Shown: positions 1-9,951 of the stretch, piece by piece
Layout of the letters: each line of letters opens with the position of its first letter
Numbering within the stretch: position 1 is the stretch's first letter
NCBI GenBank assembly: GCA_036391175.1
Contig: DASWAK010000563.1
Span: 1 to 45,382 of the forward strand
Reading direction: 5' to 3'
Length of the DNA stretch: 45,382 bases
Source: Pseudolabrys sp.
Lineage (GTDB): Bacteria; Pseudomonadota; Alphaproteobacteria; Rhizobiales; Xanthobacteraceae
Notes under the pieces: generated by a model
What the model was told of the DNA's origin: nothing
The model's database searches: none
Seen by the model: only the letters and a program-made list of their open reading frames with translations
Translations under genes and position numbers: made by a program

Positions 1-409
1 CCACGACGATTACGTTGCCGCAGCGAAACTTGCGCGCGAACTCAAGGTTCCGATCCAGATCGGCGAGAACTTCTCGCTTCCGGCCGCGATGACGGTCGCG
101 CTCGAACACCATGCATCCGACTATGTGATGCCCGACCTTGAACGCATCGGCGGAGTCACCGGCTGGCGGCTGGCGGCTGAGATTGCCGCTGCAAACCGTA
201 TTCAAATGTCGTCACATCTTTTTCCGGAAGTGAGCGCACATCTGCTCGCTGCTACGCCGACCTGCCATTTCCTTGAATATGTCGACTGGGCGAACGTGCT
301 TGTCGAGGAGCCGCTCGCGATCGTTGATGGGAAAGCTGTGACGCCTTCACGTCCCGGTAATGGCATGAGCTGGGACAAGAAGGCAGTCGAACGTTATCGC
401 ATGCGCTGA
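1..409 (+). CDS. Mandelate racemase/muconate lactonizing enzyme family (enolase superfamily), 5'-truncated by the window edge
   Basis: Frame is open from base 2 (HDDYVAAAKLARELKVPIQIGENFS...). It has the GEN metal-ligand motif and MPDxxRIGGVTGW and SSHLFPEVSAHLLAATPT segments like the mandelate racemase C-terminal barrel. Confidence 0.85.
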   Translation, partial: HDDYVAAAKLARELKVPIQIGENFSLPAAMTVALEHHASDYVMPDLERIGGVTGWRLAAEIAAANRIQMSSHLFPEVSAHLLAATPTCHFLEYVDWANVLVEEPLAIVDGKAVTPSRPGNGMSWDKKAVERYRMR

Positions 410-410
410 A

Positions 411-1391
411 CTAGCGCAGCGGTAGCCCGAGCAGCTTGATCGCGTTGGCGCGGCCGACTTTCGCGCGGTCACCCTCGCTGATTTCAGCCTTGTCGAACCA
501 TTGCGCGCCTTCCCCGACGTCCTCGAACGGCCAATCGACCGAGAACATCACACGGTCGGCGCCCATTACAGTCATGGCATTGACGAGCGCGGGCGTGTCG
601 AAATTTCCCGATGTGGTGAGGTGGAAGTGCTTACGGAAGTAGTGCGCGACTCCGTGCTTTGCCGGATATTTATGCGGCGCCTTCATCCAGCCGTTGCGAT
701 TGTCGATGCGCCAAAGATAAACCGGAATGCCTTCGCCGATATGGCCGAGCACCATCTTCAATCGCGGGCACTCGTCGAACAAACCGCTGCCGATCAGGCG
801 CAGCGCATGCACCGCTGTTTCTGCAGCGAAGGCCCAGTTCGGCCCGAGCATCCAGTTGTGGCCCTCGTAGAATTTTGTCCAGCTTGGAAGCGGATTGCGC
901 GGATGAAGATAGAATGGAACATCGAGTGTTTCGACCGCGCGCCAGAATGGCCGGTATTGCGGCAGATCGTAGTAAGTAACGTTGTCCGGCGTGCCGATCT
1001 GGGAAAACCCATTCACCAATGCACCGACCATTCCGAGCTCTTTGACGCAGCGTGTGAGCTCGATGGCTGACGCTTCCGGGTCCTGCATCGGTAGCGCGGC
1101 GAAGGCAGCAAAACGGCCGGGCCGCTTGCGCACTTCGCTGGCCAGCAAGTCGTTCGCCCGTTTTGCTACCGCGATCGCAGTCTTTACGTCGTGGATTGCC
1201 TGGATTGCCGGGGCATTCAGCGACAGGATCATCATTTCGATCCCGTACTTGTCCATTTCGCCTAGCCGCGTGTCCTGGATGTCGAGCAGGCGATGGCTCA
1301 GATCCTTCCAGACGTGTCCGCCAAAGACCTGCGAATCGCCGAGCGTCGCTTCGATGGCGAAATGTTCCTCGAGCGCGATCTTGCCTTGCAT
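411..1391 (-). CDS. Amidohydrolase-2 family nonoxidative aromatic acid decarboxylase, gamma-resorcylate (2,6-dihydroxybenzoate) decarboxylase-like
   Basis: N-terminus MQGKIALEEHF (E-x-H metal ligands), YYDLPQYRPFW, FYLHPRNPLP, WAFAAETAVHALRL, GHIGEG and SVDWPFE closely follow the Rhizobium enzyme. ATG at 1391 follows a G-rich SD. Confidence 0.85.
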   Translation of the reverse strand: MQGKIALEEHFAIEATLGDSQVFGGHVWKDLSHRLLDIQDTRLGEMDKYGIEMMILSLNAPAIQAIHDVKTAIAVAKRANDLLASEVRKRPGRFAAFAALPMQDPEASAIELTRCVKELGMVGALVNGFSQIGTPDNVTYYDLPQYRPFWRAVETLDVPFYLHPRNPLPSWTKFYEGHNWMLGPNWAFAAETAVHALRLIGSGLFDECPRLKMVLGHIGEGIPVYLWRIDNRNGWMKAPHKYPAKHGVAHYFRKHFHLTTSGNFDTPALVNAMTVMGADRVMFSVDWPFEDVGEGAQWFDKAEISEGDRAKVGRANAIKLLGLPLR

Positions 1392-1468
1392 GCGCGTCCC
1401 CCCGTTTGCCGCCATCATGCAATGTCGTGCCGTGCCTTGTCAGCACTGGTTTGCGCGCAGCACGAGCG

Positions 1469-1494
1469 AAAAAAAACCGCCCGGTTGGGCGGTT
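1469..1494 (-). terminator. Intrinsic terminator downstream of tRNA-Ala
   Basis: Minus strand reads AACCGCCC-AACC-GGGCGG followed by a run of T. Confidence 0.75.
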
Positions 1495-1521
1495 GGGCGG
1501 CTTGCCGGAAGCGGCGAAAGC

Positions 1522-1597
1522 TGGTGGAGCCAGGCGGGATCGAACCGCCGACCTCGTGAATGCCATTCACGCGCTCTCCCATCTGAGCTATGGCCCC
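1522..1597 (-). tRNA. tRNA-Ala (anticodon GGC)
   Basis: Reverse complement is GGGGCCATAGCTCAGATGGGAGAGCGCGTGAATGGCATTCACGAGGTCGGCGGTTCGATCCCGCCTGGCTCCACCA: 76 nt, G3:U70 pair, GGTTCGA T-loop, encoded CCA. Confidence 0.97.
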
Positions 1598-1642
1598 GAT
1601 TCGTAAAAATCGATCGCCGCTCTCGGTAAGCGGCGAACGTAT

Positions 1643-2068
1643 TCAGGTTTCTTCTTCCTTCTCAATCGACTCGCCGATGATATCAGTCACGTCGGCGTCA
1701 CCCTCTTCCTGTTCTTCGATGAAGGCGGCATCGTCGAGGCTCTCGTCGCCTATTTCGACTTCTTCCTCTTCGCCTGCCGCGGCAGTGGCGTCGGCCGCGG
1801 CCGGCTTCTTGCCCTGCTGCTCGGCCTCGGCGTCCTCGAGCGAAACGAATTCGGCGTCCGCGGTCTCCGGTACGATGGTTTCAGTTGGCACCACCGGCGC
1901 TGGCCGTGTCGCTGCTGCCGGTTCAGGCCGCGCGCGCGGAGGCGCCGGCGCTGCGATCGGTACAACTTTGCCTGTATACGGTGAAATTACCGGCGTCTTG
2001 TTGAGATCGTAAAACTTACGACCAGTATCGGGACAGACGCGCTTGGTGCCGAGATCGGGTTTCGCCAC
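1643..2068 (-). CDS. TIGR02300 family (FYDLN-acid) protein
   Basis: MAKPDLGTKRVCPDTGRKFYDLNK signature with a highly acidic C-terminus; lies between aroA and tRNA-Ala; GTG start. Confidence 0.92.
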   Translation of the reverse strand: MAKPDLGTKRVCPDTGRKFYDLNKTPVISPYTGKVVPIAAPAPPRARPEPAAATRPAPVVPTETIVPETADAEFVSLEDAEAEQQGKKPAAADATAAAGEEEEVEIGDESLDDAAFIEEQEEGDADVTDIIGESIEKEEET

Positions 2069-2231
2069 AGTCGAGGTTCCTCGCAGGGTCCTTTAAATCG
2101 GTGCTTCACTTGGCTAGTTGCAAGGCCCCTGTCAATAGCGCACGCGCGCTTGGCGATGATGACAAAAGCGGCGGGATGACGGCGCGCGCGGCTGCGTGGT
2201 AGGACGGCGCAGATTTTAAGGATACCGCCCG

Positions 2232-3566
2232 GTGAGCCCTGCAGAATTAATGCCGCTAACTGCCCGCCATGGCGGCCCCGTGCAGGGCCGTGTCCGCGTA
2301 CCAGGCGATAAATCGATCTCCCACCGGGCCCTGATCCTGGGAGCCCTTACGGTCGGCGAAACCACCATCTCGGGGCTGCTGGAAGGTGAGGATGTCTTGC
2401 ATACCGCCGACGCCATGCGTGCGCTGGGCGCGCGTGTGGAGCGTGCCAGTGATAATAGCTGGCGCGTTCATGGTGTCGGCGTCGGGGGGTTCGCACAGCC
2501 AGCCCGAGCGCTCGATTTTGGCAACTCAGGCACCGGCTGTCGGCTGGTGATCGGCGCGGTCGCGGGTGCGCCGGTGACGGCCACGTTTGATGGCGATGAC
2601 TCCTTGCGCAGCCGGCCCATGCGCCGTGTGCTCGACCCCCTGGAAAAGATGGGCGCGCGCATCGTTCAAGTCACCGACGGCGGACGATTGCCGCTAACGG
2701 TGCATGGCGCAGCTGACCTAATTCCAATCGTTTACGAACCGCCGGTGCCGTCAGCGCAACTCAAATCGGCGGTGCTGCTCGCTGGGCTCGCTGCGCCGGG
2801 TGAAACAACTGTGATCGAAGCAGAGGCGACGCGCGATCACACCGAACGATTGCTGAAGCATTTCGGCGCGAACGTCAGCAGCAAGCCGCACGGGGATCAT
2901 GGGCGTCGAATTGTCCTGCAAGGTCAGCCCGAGCTTGAGCCGGCGAATGTGCTGGTGCCGGCGGATCCTTCGTCGGCGACATTTCCTCTGGTCGCGGCGC
3001 TGATCGTGCCGGGGTCCGAACTGATCGTTGAGGCGGTGATGACCAATCCATTGCGTACCGGCTTGCTGACCACTTTGCGCGAGATGGGTGCCAGCATCGA
3101 AGCGCTGGAAAAGCGCGACGATAGCGGAGAGGAAGTTGCTGATCTACGCGTGCGCACGTCTGCGCTTAAGGGTGTGGATGTACCGCCCGAGCGCGCGCCG
3201 TCGATGATCGACGAGTATCCCATTCTGGCAATCGCTGCGTCCTTCGCGGAAGGGATTACGAGGATGCGCGGCTTGAAAGAGTTGCGCGTGAAGGAATCCG
3301 ACCGGCTGGTGGCAACCGCCGACATGTTGCGCGCCAACGGTGTCGCAGTCGAAATTGAAGGCGACGATCTGATCGTTCAAGGCAAGGGCCGCCCGGGTGG
3401 TGGCGGCGAGGTGAAGACGCACATGGATCACCGTATCGCTATGGCCGCCTTGATGATGGGACTTGCCAGCGAAAATGCGGTGCGCATTGACGATAGCGCG
3501 GTCATCGCGACCAGCTTTCCGGGCTTCGTCGATTTGATGCGTTCGATTGGCGCAGACCTGACATGA
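2232..3566 (+). CDS. aroA: 3-phosphoshikimate 1-carboxyvinyltransferase (class II-like EPSP synthase)
   Basis: [41 protein letters not shown] and DHRIAM motifs. Start (GTG 2232) is uncertain. Confidence 0.96.
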   Translation: MSPAELMPLTARHGGPVQGRVRVPGDKSISHRALILGALTVGETTISGLLEGEDVLHTADAMRALGARVERASDNSWRVHGVGVGGFAQPARALDFGNSGTGCRLVIGAVAGAPVTATFDGDDSLRSRPMRRVLDPLEKMGARIVQVTDGGRLPLTVHGAADLIPIVYEPPVPSAQLKSAVLLAGLAAPGETTVIEAEATRDHTERLLKHFGANVSSKPHGDHGRRIVLQGQPELEPANVLVPADPSSATFPLVAALIVPGSELIVEAVMTNPLRTGLLTTLREMGASIEALEKRDDSGEEVADLRVRTSALKGVDVPPERAPSMIDEYPILAIAASFAEGITRMRGLKELRVKESDRLVATADMLRANGVAVEIEGDDLIVQGKGRPGGGGEVKTHMDHRIAMAALMMGLASENAVRIDDSAVIATSFPGFVDLMRSIGADLT

Positions 3567-4201
3567 TCATCGCTATCGATGGACCGGCAGCGTCGGGCAA
3601 GGGGACGCTCGGCAAGCGGCTAGCCGCTCACTATGGCTTACGCCACCTCGACACTGGCCTGATCTATCGCGCCGTTGCCAAGGCGCTCATTGATGAAGGG
3701 CGAGGTCCGAACGATGTCGGCGCTGCAGCTGCCGCCGCCAAGGCGCTCGATCCCTCGCGTTTCGACGAAGTCGTTCTCAAGGCCTATAGCATTAGTGAAA
3801 CTGCTTCGATCGTTTCTGCAATTCCTGAGGTCCGCGCGGCATTGGTCGCGTTCCAGCGCGAGTTCGCCGCCAAGCCACCGGGGGCGGTGCTCGATGGCCG
3901 CGATATTGGCACCGTCATTTGCCCAAATGCCGACGTTAAGGTTTACGTCACTGCGACGCCCGAGGTCCGCGCCCGTCGCCGCGCCGCCGAATACAAGGCG
4001 CAGGGTCGGAATATCGATGAGGCTGAGGTGTTGGCCGATATCCGCAAACGAGACGAACGTGACCAAAACCGCGCCGCCGCACCCCTAAAACAAGCGCAGG
4101 ATGCACACTTGCTCGATACCACACATTTGGATATAGACGCGGCCATCCGGGCCGCCATCGACATCGTCGAGGCCACCCGAGCGGGCCGAGGACGCGGTTG
4201 A
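3563..4201 (+). CDS. cmk: Cytidylate kinase
   Basis: [14 protein letters not shown]-loop, [16 protein letters not shown]; ATGA overlap with the aroA stop. Confidence 0.96.
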   Translation: MIIAIDGPAASGKGTLGKRLAAHYGLRHLDTGLIYRAVAKALIDEGRGPNDVGAAAAAAKALDPSRFDEVVLKAYSISETASIVSAIPEVRAALVAFQREFAAKPPGAVLDGRDIGTVICPNADVKVYVTATPEVRARRRAAEYKAQGRNIDEAEVLADIRKRDERDQNRAAAPLKQAQDAHLLDTTHLDIDAAIRAAIDIVEATRAGRGRG

Positions 4202-4290
4202 CCGCGCCTCGTGTTGGAGGACAAAGCCCCGCTCGAGCCTTTGCGTAAAGCGCGCCTGATCGAACCATCGTTCCGAAAGCACGGTATTTA

Positions 4291-4399
4291 GCGCCGGCCA
4301 TCCGGGATTTCCGGGGGTCGCCGTTGGTCTGCGGGACCTTCGGCCCGCGCAATTGGAACGCCATTCAAACCCGCCGGCGCACCGCAAACAGGAGACTCC
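4291..4399 (+). promoter_or_regulatory. Putative structured 5' leader of rpsA
   Basis: GCGCCGGC (4291-4298) is complementary to GCCGGCGC (4373-4380) and encloses hairpins such as GCGGGACC-TTC-GGCCCGC; the SD CAGGAG follows. Confidence 0.45.
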
Positions 4400-6127
4400 A
4401 TGGCCACCGCTACTGCACCCTCGCGTGAAGACTTCGCCAAGTTGCTCGATGAAACCTTTGGCGGCGGAAACCTTCAAGAAGGTTCCGTCATCAAGGGCAA
4501 AGTTGTCGGCATCGAAAAGGAATTCGCCGTCATCGACGTCGGTCTGAAAACGGAAGGACGCGTGGCCCTACGTGAATTCACCGGGCCCGGACGGCAGGCC
4601 GCTCTCAAGGTTGGAGACGAGGTCGAAGTCTATCTCGAGCGCGTCGAGAACGCGCTCGGCGAGGCGGTGCTGTCGCGCGACAAGGCGCGGCGCGAGGAGA
4701 GCTGGGGGAAGCTGGAAAAGGCATTTAACAGTAGCGAAAAGGTCCAGGGCGTCATCTTCAACCAGGTCAAAGGCGGCTTCACCGTCGATCTCGACGGCGC
4801 CGTGGCGTTCCTACCACGATCGCAAGTCGATATCCGCCCGATCCGCGATGTCACCCCTCTGATGAATGCGCCGCAGCAGTTCCAGATCCTGAAAATGGAT
4901 CGCCGTCGCGGCAACATCGTGGTTTCGCGCCGTACTGTGCTTGAAGAGACGCGCGCCGAACAGCGCCAGGAACTGGTGCAGAACCTCGAAGAAGGTCAGG
5001 TCATCGACGGCGTCGTGAAGAACATTACCGATTACGGCGCATTCGTGGATCTCGGCGGCATCGACGGATTGCTGCATGTTACCGATATTGCCTGGCGGCG
5101 CGTCAATCATCCCACCGAGGTGCTCAATATCGGCCAGCAGGTGAAGGTCAAGATTATCAAGATCAACCACGAGACGCATCGTATCTCGCTCGGCATGAAG
5201 CAATTGCTCGATGATCCCTGGCAGGGCATCGAGGGCAAGTATCCGGTGGGAGCCCGTTTCAAGGGGCGCGTCACCAACATCACCGACTACGGCGCCTTTG
5301 TGGAACTTGAGCCCGGCATCGAGGGGCTGATCCACGTGTCAGAAATGTCGTGGACCAAGAAAAACGTTCATCCAGGCAAGATCGTGTCGACCTCGCAGGA
5401 AGTAGAAGTGCAAGTCCTCGAGGTTGATCCGGTGAAGCGCCGCATCTCCCTCGGCCTCAAACAGACCATACGTAACCCATGGGAAGTGTTTGTGGAGAAA
5501 CATCCGCCAGGGTCCACCGTCGAAGGCGAGGTCAAGAACAAGACCGAGTTCGGCCTGTTCCTTGGCCTCGACGGCGATGTGGATGGCATGGTCCATCTGT
5601 CCGATCTCGACTGGAAGCGCCCGGGCGAGCAGGTCATCGAGGAATACAAGAAGGGCGACATGGTCAAGGCGCAGGTTCTTGATGTCGATGTCGAGAAGGA
5701 GCGCATTTCGCTCGGCGTCAAACAGCTCGCGGGCGATCCGATGGAGTCCGCCGGTGACCTCAAGAAAGGTTCGGTGGTGACCTGCGAAGTGACGGAAGTG
5801 AAGGAGTCCGGTATCGATGTGAAGATCGTCGGTACCGAGCTCAGCGCTTTCATTAAGCGTGCCGATCTTGCGCGCGAGCGTGGCGAGCAGCGTCCTGAGC
5901 GTTTTTCGGTCGGCCAGAAAGTAGACGCCCGCGTCACCCAGTTCGATCGCAAGACTCACAAAGTTGGCGTTTCTATTAAGGCGCTGGAAGTCGCTGAGGA
6001 GAAAGAGGCGATTGCCCAATATGGCACCGCCGATTCAGGTGCCTCGCTCGGGGATATCTTGGGCGCTGCGCTCAAGCAGCGGGCTGGCGACAAGCCCGAA
6101 GCGGAAACGGAAAAGGCCGAGGAGTAA
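4400..6127 (+). CDS. rpsA: 30S ribosomal protein S1
   Basis: Repeated S1 domains (NITDYGAFVDLGG, GLIHVSEMSW), 575 aa, SD CAGGAG, downstream of cmk. Confidence 0.98.
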   Translation: MATATAPSREDFAKLLDETFGGGNLQEGSVIKGKVVGIEKEFAVIDVGLKTEGRVALREFTGPGRQAALKVGDEVEVYLERVENALGEAVLSRDKARREESWGKLEKAFNSSEKVQGVIFNQVKGGFTVDLDGAVAFLPRSQVDIRPIRDVTPLMNAPQQFQILKMDRRRGNIVVSRRTVLEETRAEQRQELVQNLEEGQVIDGVVKNITDYGAFVDLGGIDGLLHVTDIAWRRVNHPTEVLNIGQQVKVKIIKINHETHRISLGMKQLLDDPWQGIEGKYPVGARFKGRVTNITDYGAFVELEPGIEGLIHVSEMSWTKKNVHPGKIVSTSQEVEVQVLEVDPVKRRISLGLKQTIRNPWEVFVEKHPPGSTVEGEVKNKTEFGLFLGLDGDVDGMVHLSDLDWKRPGEQVIEEYKKGDMVKAQVLDVDVEKERISLGVKQLAGDPMESAGDLKKGSVVTCEVTEVKESGIDVKIVGTELSAFIKRADLARERGEQRPERFSVGQKVDARVTQFDRKTHKVGVSIKALEVAEEKEAIAQYGTADSGASLGDILGAALKQRAGDKPEAETEKAEE

Positions 6128-6158
6128 GCGGCTGGCTGCTTTCGCCATGGAATGCGTT

Positions 6159-6181
6159 GCCCCCGGGGTCTCGCCCGGGGC
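6159..6181 (+). terminator. GC hairpin after rpsA (possible terminator or stabiliser)
   Basis: CCCCGGG-GTCTCG-CCCGGGG inverted repeat with no clear U-tract. Confidence 0.3.
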
Positions 6182-6215
6182 TGGCCACCTATGATTTAAT
6201 TGAAGGAGCGAAGCC

Positions 6216-7190
6216 ATGTCGCTCGATGCCGATGCCATCGTCGACCGTCGCCGTATGCGGCGCAAGCTTACGTTTTGGCGCGTCAGCGCCCTGGTGATCG
6301 CCGTGCTTGCGATCGTTGGCACAACACTGGTGCTTGTGCCCGGGAGCCGCTTTATGCCGCCGGGCGCCTATATCGCCCGCATTAAGGTTCAAGGCTTGAT
6401 CCGCGGCAATCAGGATCGCACAGAGGCGCTCGCCCGGCTCGGGCGCTCGCGCGCGCGTGCTGTGATCGTACACATCGATAGTCCTGGTGGCACCACCGCC
6501 GGCTCAGAGCAGCTTTACGATGCCTTGCGCGAATTGCAGGGCAAGAAGCCGATGGTCGTGGTGGTCGATGGACTTGCCGCATCCGGCGCCTATATCGCCG
6601 CACTTTCAGCCGAGCACATCGTGGCGCAGGAAACCTCATTGGTTGGTTCAATCGGGGTACTGTTTCAGTATCCGAACTTCACAGATGTACTGAAGACCAT
6701 TGGCATCAAGGTGGAAGAGGTGAAATCTTCGCCGCTGAAGGCCGCACCTAACGGTTTCGAACCGACCAGCCCGCAAGCGCGTGCGGCGATCGAGGCGATC
6801 GTGCTCGACTCATATGCCTGGTTCAAAGGCCTGGTGAAAGATCGTCGCAATATGGATGATGGTCTGCTTGCGCAGGTGTCGGACGGCCGCGTTTTCACTG
6901 GCCGTCAGGCGGTTGGCCTCAAACTGGTTGATGGGCTCGGCAACGAGAAGGCTGCGCTGGCTTGGCTGGAGAAGGAAAAGAAGGTGCCGGCCAACACGCC
7001 GGTGCGCGATTATTCGCTGCAACCGCGGTTCAGCGAGCTTTCTTTCCTGCACGTAGCCGCCTGGACCTTTGAGGCGGTGGGATTGAACGTCATTGCGCAC
7101 CGCATCGAGGAATGGGGTGCAGTGCAGGCAGTGGAGCGACTCAATCTTGACGGTCTCTTGGCGCTTTGGCACCCTCCATCATCCAATTGA
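6216..7190 (+). CDS. sppA: Signal peptide peptidase SppA (S49 family)
   Basis: N-terminal TM segment, IDSPGG, AASGAYIAA, VGSIGV, KSSPLKA, DGRVFTGRQA. Confidence 0.93.
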   Translation: MSLDADAIVDRRRMRRKLTFWRVSALVIAVLAIVGTTLVLVPGSRFMPPGAYIARIKVQGLIRGNQDRTEALARLGRSRARAVIVHIDSPGGTTAGSEQLYDALRELQGKKPMVVVVDGLAASGAYIAALSAEHIVAQETSLVGSIGVLFQYPNFTDVLKTIGIKVEEVKSSPLKAAPNGFEPTSPQARAAIEAIVLDSYAWFKGLVKDRRNMDDGLLAQVSDGRVFTGRQAVGLKLVDGLGNEKAALAWLEKEKKVPANTPVRDYSLQPRFSELSFLHVAAWTFEAVGLNVIAHRIEEWGAVQAVERLNLDGLLALWHPPSSN

Positions 7191-7208
7191 CTGGGTAGGG
7201 CGGCGTCG

Positions 7209-7499
7209 ATGATCAAGTCAGAACTCGTCCAGCGCATTGCGGCCCAGAATCCCCACCTCTATCAGCGCGACGTTGAGAACATCGTTAACGCGATCCTCGG
7301 CGAGATCACCAGCGCGATGGCGAAGGGTGACCGCGTCGAACTGCGCGGATTTGGTGCCTTTTCAGTCAAGCACAGGCCAGCCCGCACCGGCCGGAATCCA
7401 CGCACCGGGGCGCATGTTGCTGTCGACCAGAAGTCGGTACCATTCTTCAAGACCGGAAAGGAAATGCGCGAACGGCTCAACAAGCCCGGCGCAGTCTAG
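7209..7499 (+). CDS. ihfB: Integration host factor beta subunit
   Basis: MIKSELV..., [33 protein letters not shown]; rpsA-sppA-ihfB order. Confidence 0.96.
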   Translation: MIKSELVQRIAAQNPHLYQRDVENIVNAILGEITSAMAKGDRVELRGFGAFSVKHRPARTGRNPRTGAHVAVDQKSVPFFKTGKEMRERLNKPGAV

Positions 7500-7533
7500 G
7501 GCTTCTGGTTTCTGCAACTGTCGGAATGCTAAG

Positions 7534-7566
7534 GTCATGGCCGGTTTCGTCCCGGCCATCACTTTT
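7534..7566. repeat. REP-like palindrome, GTCATGGCCGG family (may double as the ihfB terminator)
   Basis: GTCATGGCCGG-TTTCGTC-CCGGCCATCAC followed by a T-run; related copies at 11758 and 40054-40143. Confidence 0.75.
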
Positions 7567-7586
7567 TTGGACAGAGGACGCCAACG

Positions 7587-7955
7587 GTGCTCCGTAGAAT
7601 CGTCTCGACGCTTATCGTCGTTCCGCTGGCGGTGATCCTGATTGCCTTCGCGGTGGCAAATCGGCAGTCGGTGACGGTCTCATTCGATCCGTTCTCCTCG
7701 ACAAGTCCGGCATATGCGGCGACCTTGCCGCTGTTCGCTCTCATCTTTGCCCTCCTCATTCTTGGCGTGCTGATCGGAGGCGCTGCCGCTTGGATCGGCC
7801 AGACCAAGTGGAGACGGACCGCCCGCAAGCTCGATAGCGAGGTCCGTGTTCTGCACCAGGAGCTGGATGCCATCCGTCGGCGCTTTGCTGCCGAGCCGCC
7901 GGCGGCGGCGCGGGAGCCCGCTCCATACACGGTCATTCCGCCGCCAATTCCTTAA
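7587..7955 (+). CDS. LapA/DUF1049 family membrane protein
   Basis: FAVANRQSVTVSFDPF motif, two hydrophobic helices and a coiled C-terminus; follows ihfB. Confidence 0.85.
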   Translation: MLRRIVSTLIVVPLAVILIAFAVANRQSVTVSFDPFSSTSPAYAATLPLFALIFALLILGVLIGGAAAWIGQTKWRRTARKLDSEVRVLHQELDAIRRRFAAEPPAAAREPAPYTVIPPPIP

Positions 7956-8014
7956 TTCAGCCCGGCGGTTCGGCTTTGCGGCCAAATGGAGAAGGCGCTA
8001 GAACGCGCCTCACA

Positions 8015-8719
8015 ATGCCCCTGTTGATCAAAATTTGCGGCCTCAAAACCACGCAAGCGCTTGATGCGGCGCTTGATTTCGGGGCCGATCTGGTCGGTTT
8101 CGTGTTTTTCCCGCCGAGCCCACGCCATCTCGGGTTGGAGGCCGCCCGCACGCTCGGGCAGCGGGTGCAGGGCCGCGCCGACAAGGTTGCGCTCACGGTC
8201 GATGCCAATGACGACACGTTGCTCGGCATCGTTGCAGCACTCAAACCGGACATATTGCAACTTCACGGCAGCGAAACCCCGGAGCGGGTCGTTGCGGTGC
8301 GTGCGCGGTTTGGCTTGCCGGTCATGAAGGCTCTGCCGATCGCGGAGCGGGAAGACCTATCCCCAATCCGTCAGTATGCGCAGGTCGCGGACCGATTGAT
8401 CTTTGACGCGCGCGCACCCAAGGGTGCGACCCGGCCGGGTGGCTTGGGCAAGGCGTTCGACTGGACGCTTCTCAAGGACATCAATGCCGGCATCCCCTTC
8501 ATGCTTTCTGGTGGGCTCGATGCCGACAATGTAGCGGAAGCGCTGCGTATTACCCGAGCTTCGGGCGTGGACGTATCCTCCGGCGTTGAACGCGCACCAG
8601 GAGAAAAGGACCTGGATAAAATCCGCGCTTTCATCCGCGCTGCGCGGTTGGTCGAGGCTGAGCTGTTTTCGCCTCATCTCCAGCTTGGCGAGGCGTCGAT
8701 CGTGCGCTCGGTCAAGTAA
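8015..8719 (+). CDS. trpF: Phosphoribosylanthranilate isomerase
   Basis: [36 protein letters not shown]; likely ATG at 8015. Confidence 0.96.
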   Translation: MPLLIKICGLKTTQALDAALDFGADLVGFVFFPPSPRHLGLEAARTLGQRVQGRADKVALTVDANDDTLLGIVAALKPDILQLHGSETPERVVAVRARFGLPVMKALPIAEREDLSPIRQYAQVADRLIFDARAPKGATRPGGLGKAFDWTLLKDINAGIPFMLSGGLDADNVAEALRITRASGVDVSSGVERAPGEKDLDKIRAFIRAARLVEAELFSPHLQLGEASIVRSVK

Positions 8720-8730
8720 GGGCTACCCGG

Positions 8731-9951
8731 ATGACCTTACAGCAGCCCAATTCATTCCGCACTGGTCCGGACGAGCGCGGCCATTTCGGTATTTATGGCG
8801 GCCGCTTTGTCGCCGAGACGCTGATGCCACTCATCCTTGAGCTCGAGAAGGCTTATGCCAAAGCCAAGGCCGATCCCGCATTCCGGAAAGAAATGGATGG
8901 CCATCTCGCGACTTATGTTGGAAGGCCGTCGCCGCTTTATTTCGCGGAACGGCTTACGCAACATTGTGGCGGCGCCAAAATCTATTTCAAGCGCGAAGAG
9001 CTCAACCACACTGGTGCACACAAGGTGAACAATGTGCTCGGCCAGATCATGCTGGCCCTGCGCATGGGCAAGACACGTATTATTGCTGAGACCGGCGCGG
9101 GGATGCACGGCGTTGCCACTGCCACGCTGTGCGCCAAGTTTGGCTTGCCGTGTATCGTGTACATGGGCGCGGTCGACGTCGAACGGCAAAAGGCGAATGT
9201 GTTGCGCATGAAAATTCTCGGTGCGGAAGTGCGCGCGGTTGAGTCTGGCGCGCGCACGCTCAAAGACGCTATGAACGAGGCTCTGCGCGACTGGGTCACC
9301 AATGTCAGCGATACGTTCTACTGCATCGGCACTGTCGCCGGGCCGCATCCTTACCCGGCAATGGTGCGCGATTTCCAGTCGATCATCGGGCGCGAAACGC
9401 GTGAACAGATGCAGGCCGCCGAAGGTCGGCTTCCCGATTCGCTGATCGCCTGCATCGGTGGTGGCTCCAATGCCATGGGCCTATTCCATCCATTCCTCGA
9501 TGAGCGCTCGATCGAGATCTACGGCGTGGAAGCAGCCGGTCATGGACTAAAGAGCGGCAAACACGCTGCCTCGATTGCTGGCGGCCGGCCGGGCGTGTTG
9601 CACGGCAACCGGACTTATTTGTTGATGGATGACGACGGTCAGATCGAAGAAGCGCACTCGATTTCTGCGGGTCTCGATTATCCCGGCATTGGCCCAGAGC
9701 ACGCCTGGCTCAAGGACCTGGGCCGCGTGAAATTTCTTTCGGCCACTGATGGCGAAGCTGTCGCGGCGTTTCAATTGTGCAGCAAGCTGGAAGGCATCAT
9801 CCCGGCCCTGGAAGCGGCACATGCGCTGGCCAAGGTATCGGAAATCGCGGCGAAGAAGCCGAAGGGTCACCTCATGGTGGTCAATCTTTCCGGCCGCGGC
9901 GACAAGGACCTGGCGTCGGTCGAAGCCTTTCTTGGAAGCAAGATTCGATGA
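8731..9951 (+). CDS. trpB: Tryptophan synthase beta chain
   Basis: [11 protein letters not shown] (PLP lysine), [36 protein letters not shown]. Confidence 0.98.
   Translation: MTLQQPNSFRTGPDERGHFGIYGGRFVAETLMPLILELEKAYAKAKADPAFRKEMDGHLATYVGRPSPLYFAERLTQHCGGAKIYFKREELNHTGAHKVNNVLGQIMLALRMGKTRIIAETGAGMHGVATATLCAKFGLPCIVYMGAVDVERQKANVLRMKILGAEVRAVESGARTLKDAMNEALRDWVTNVSDTFYCIGTVAGPHPYPAMVRDFQSIIGRETREQMQAAEGRLPDSLIACIGGGSNAMGLFHPFLDERSIEIYGVEAAGHGLKSGKHAASIAGGRPGVLHGNRTYLLMDDDGQIEEAHSISAGLDYPGIGPEHAWLKDLGRVKFLSATDGEAVAAFQLCSKLEGIIPALEAAHALAKVSEIAAKKPKGHLMVVNLSGRGDKDLASVEAFLGSKIR

Noticed and set aside
1481-1500. Short direct repeat GGTTGGGC x2 near the tRNA 3' end, considered as an att site or CRISPR remnant
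   Set aside because: Only two 8-bp units, forming part of the terminator; there are no spacers, integrase or duplicated tRNA end in the window.
670-1629. ORFs spanning the tRNA-Ala region (670-1566, 982-1629, 1163-1606, 1293-1559)
   Set aside because: They overlap a clear tRNA, its terminator and the decarboxylase gene, and their Arg/Ala-rich translations have no family signal.
9777-9947. Apparent N-terminal extensions on TrpA, and likewise on TrpF, AddA, MoeB, FabA, FabB and the first SRPBCC protein
   Set aside because: These come from longest-ORF calling; family-typical starts lie downstream, several with SD sequences or stop-start overlaps. The CoaBC extension differs because it forms a recognisable domain with its own SD.
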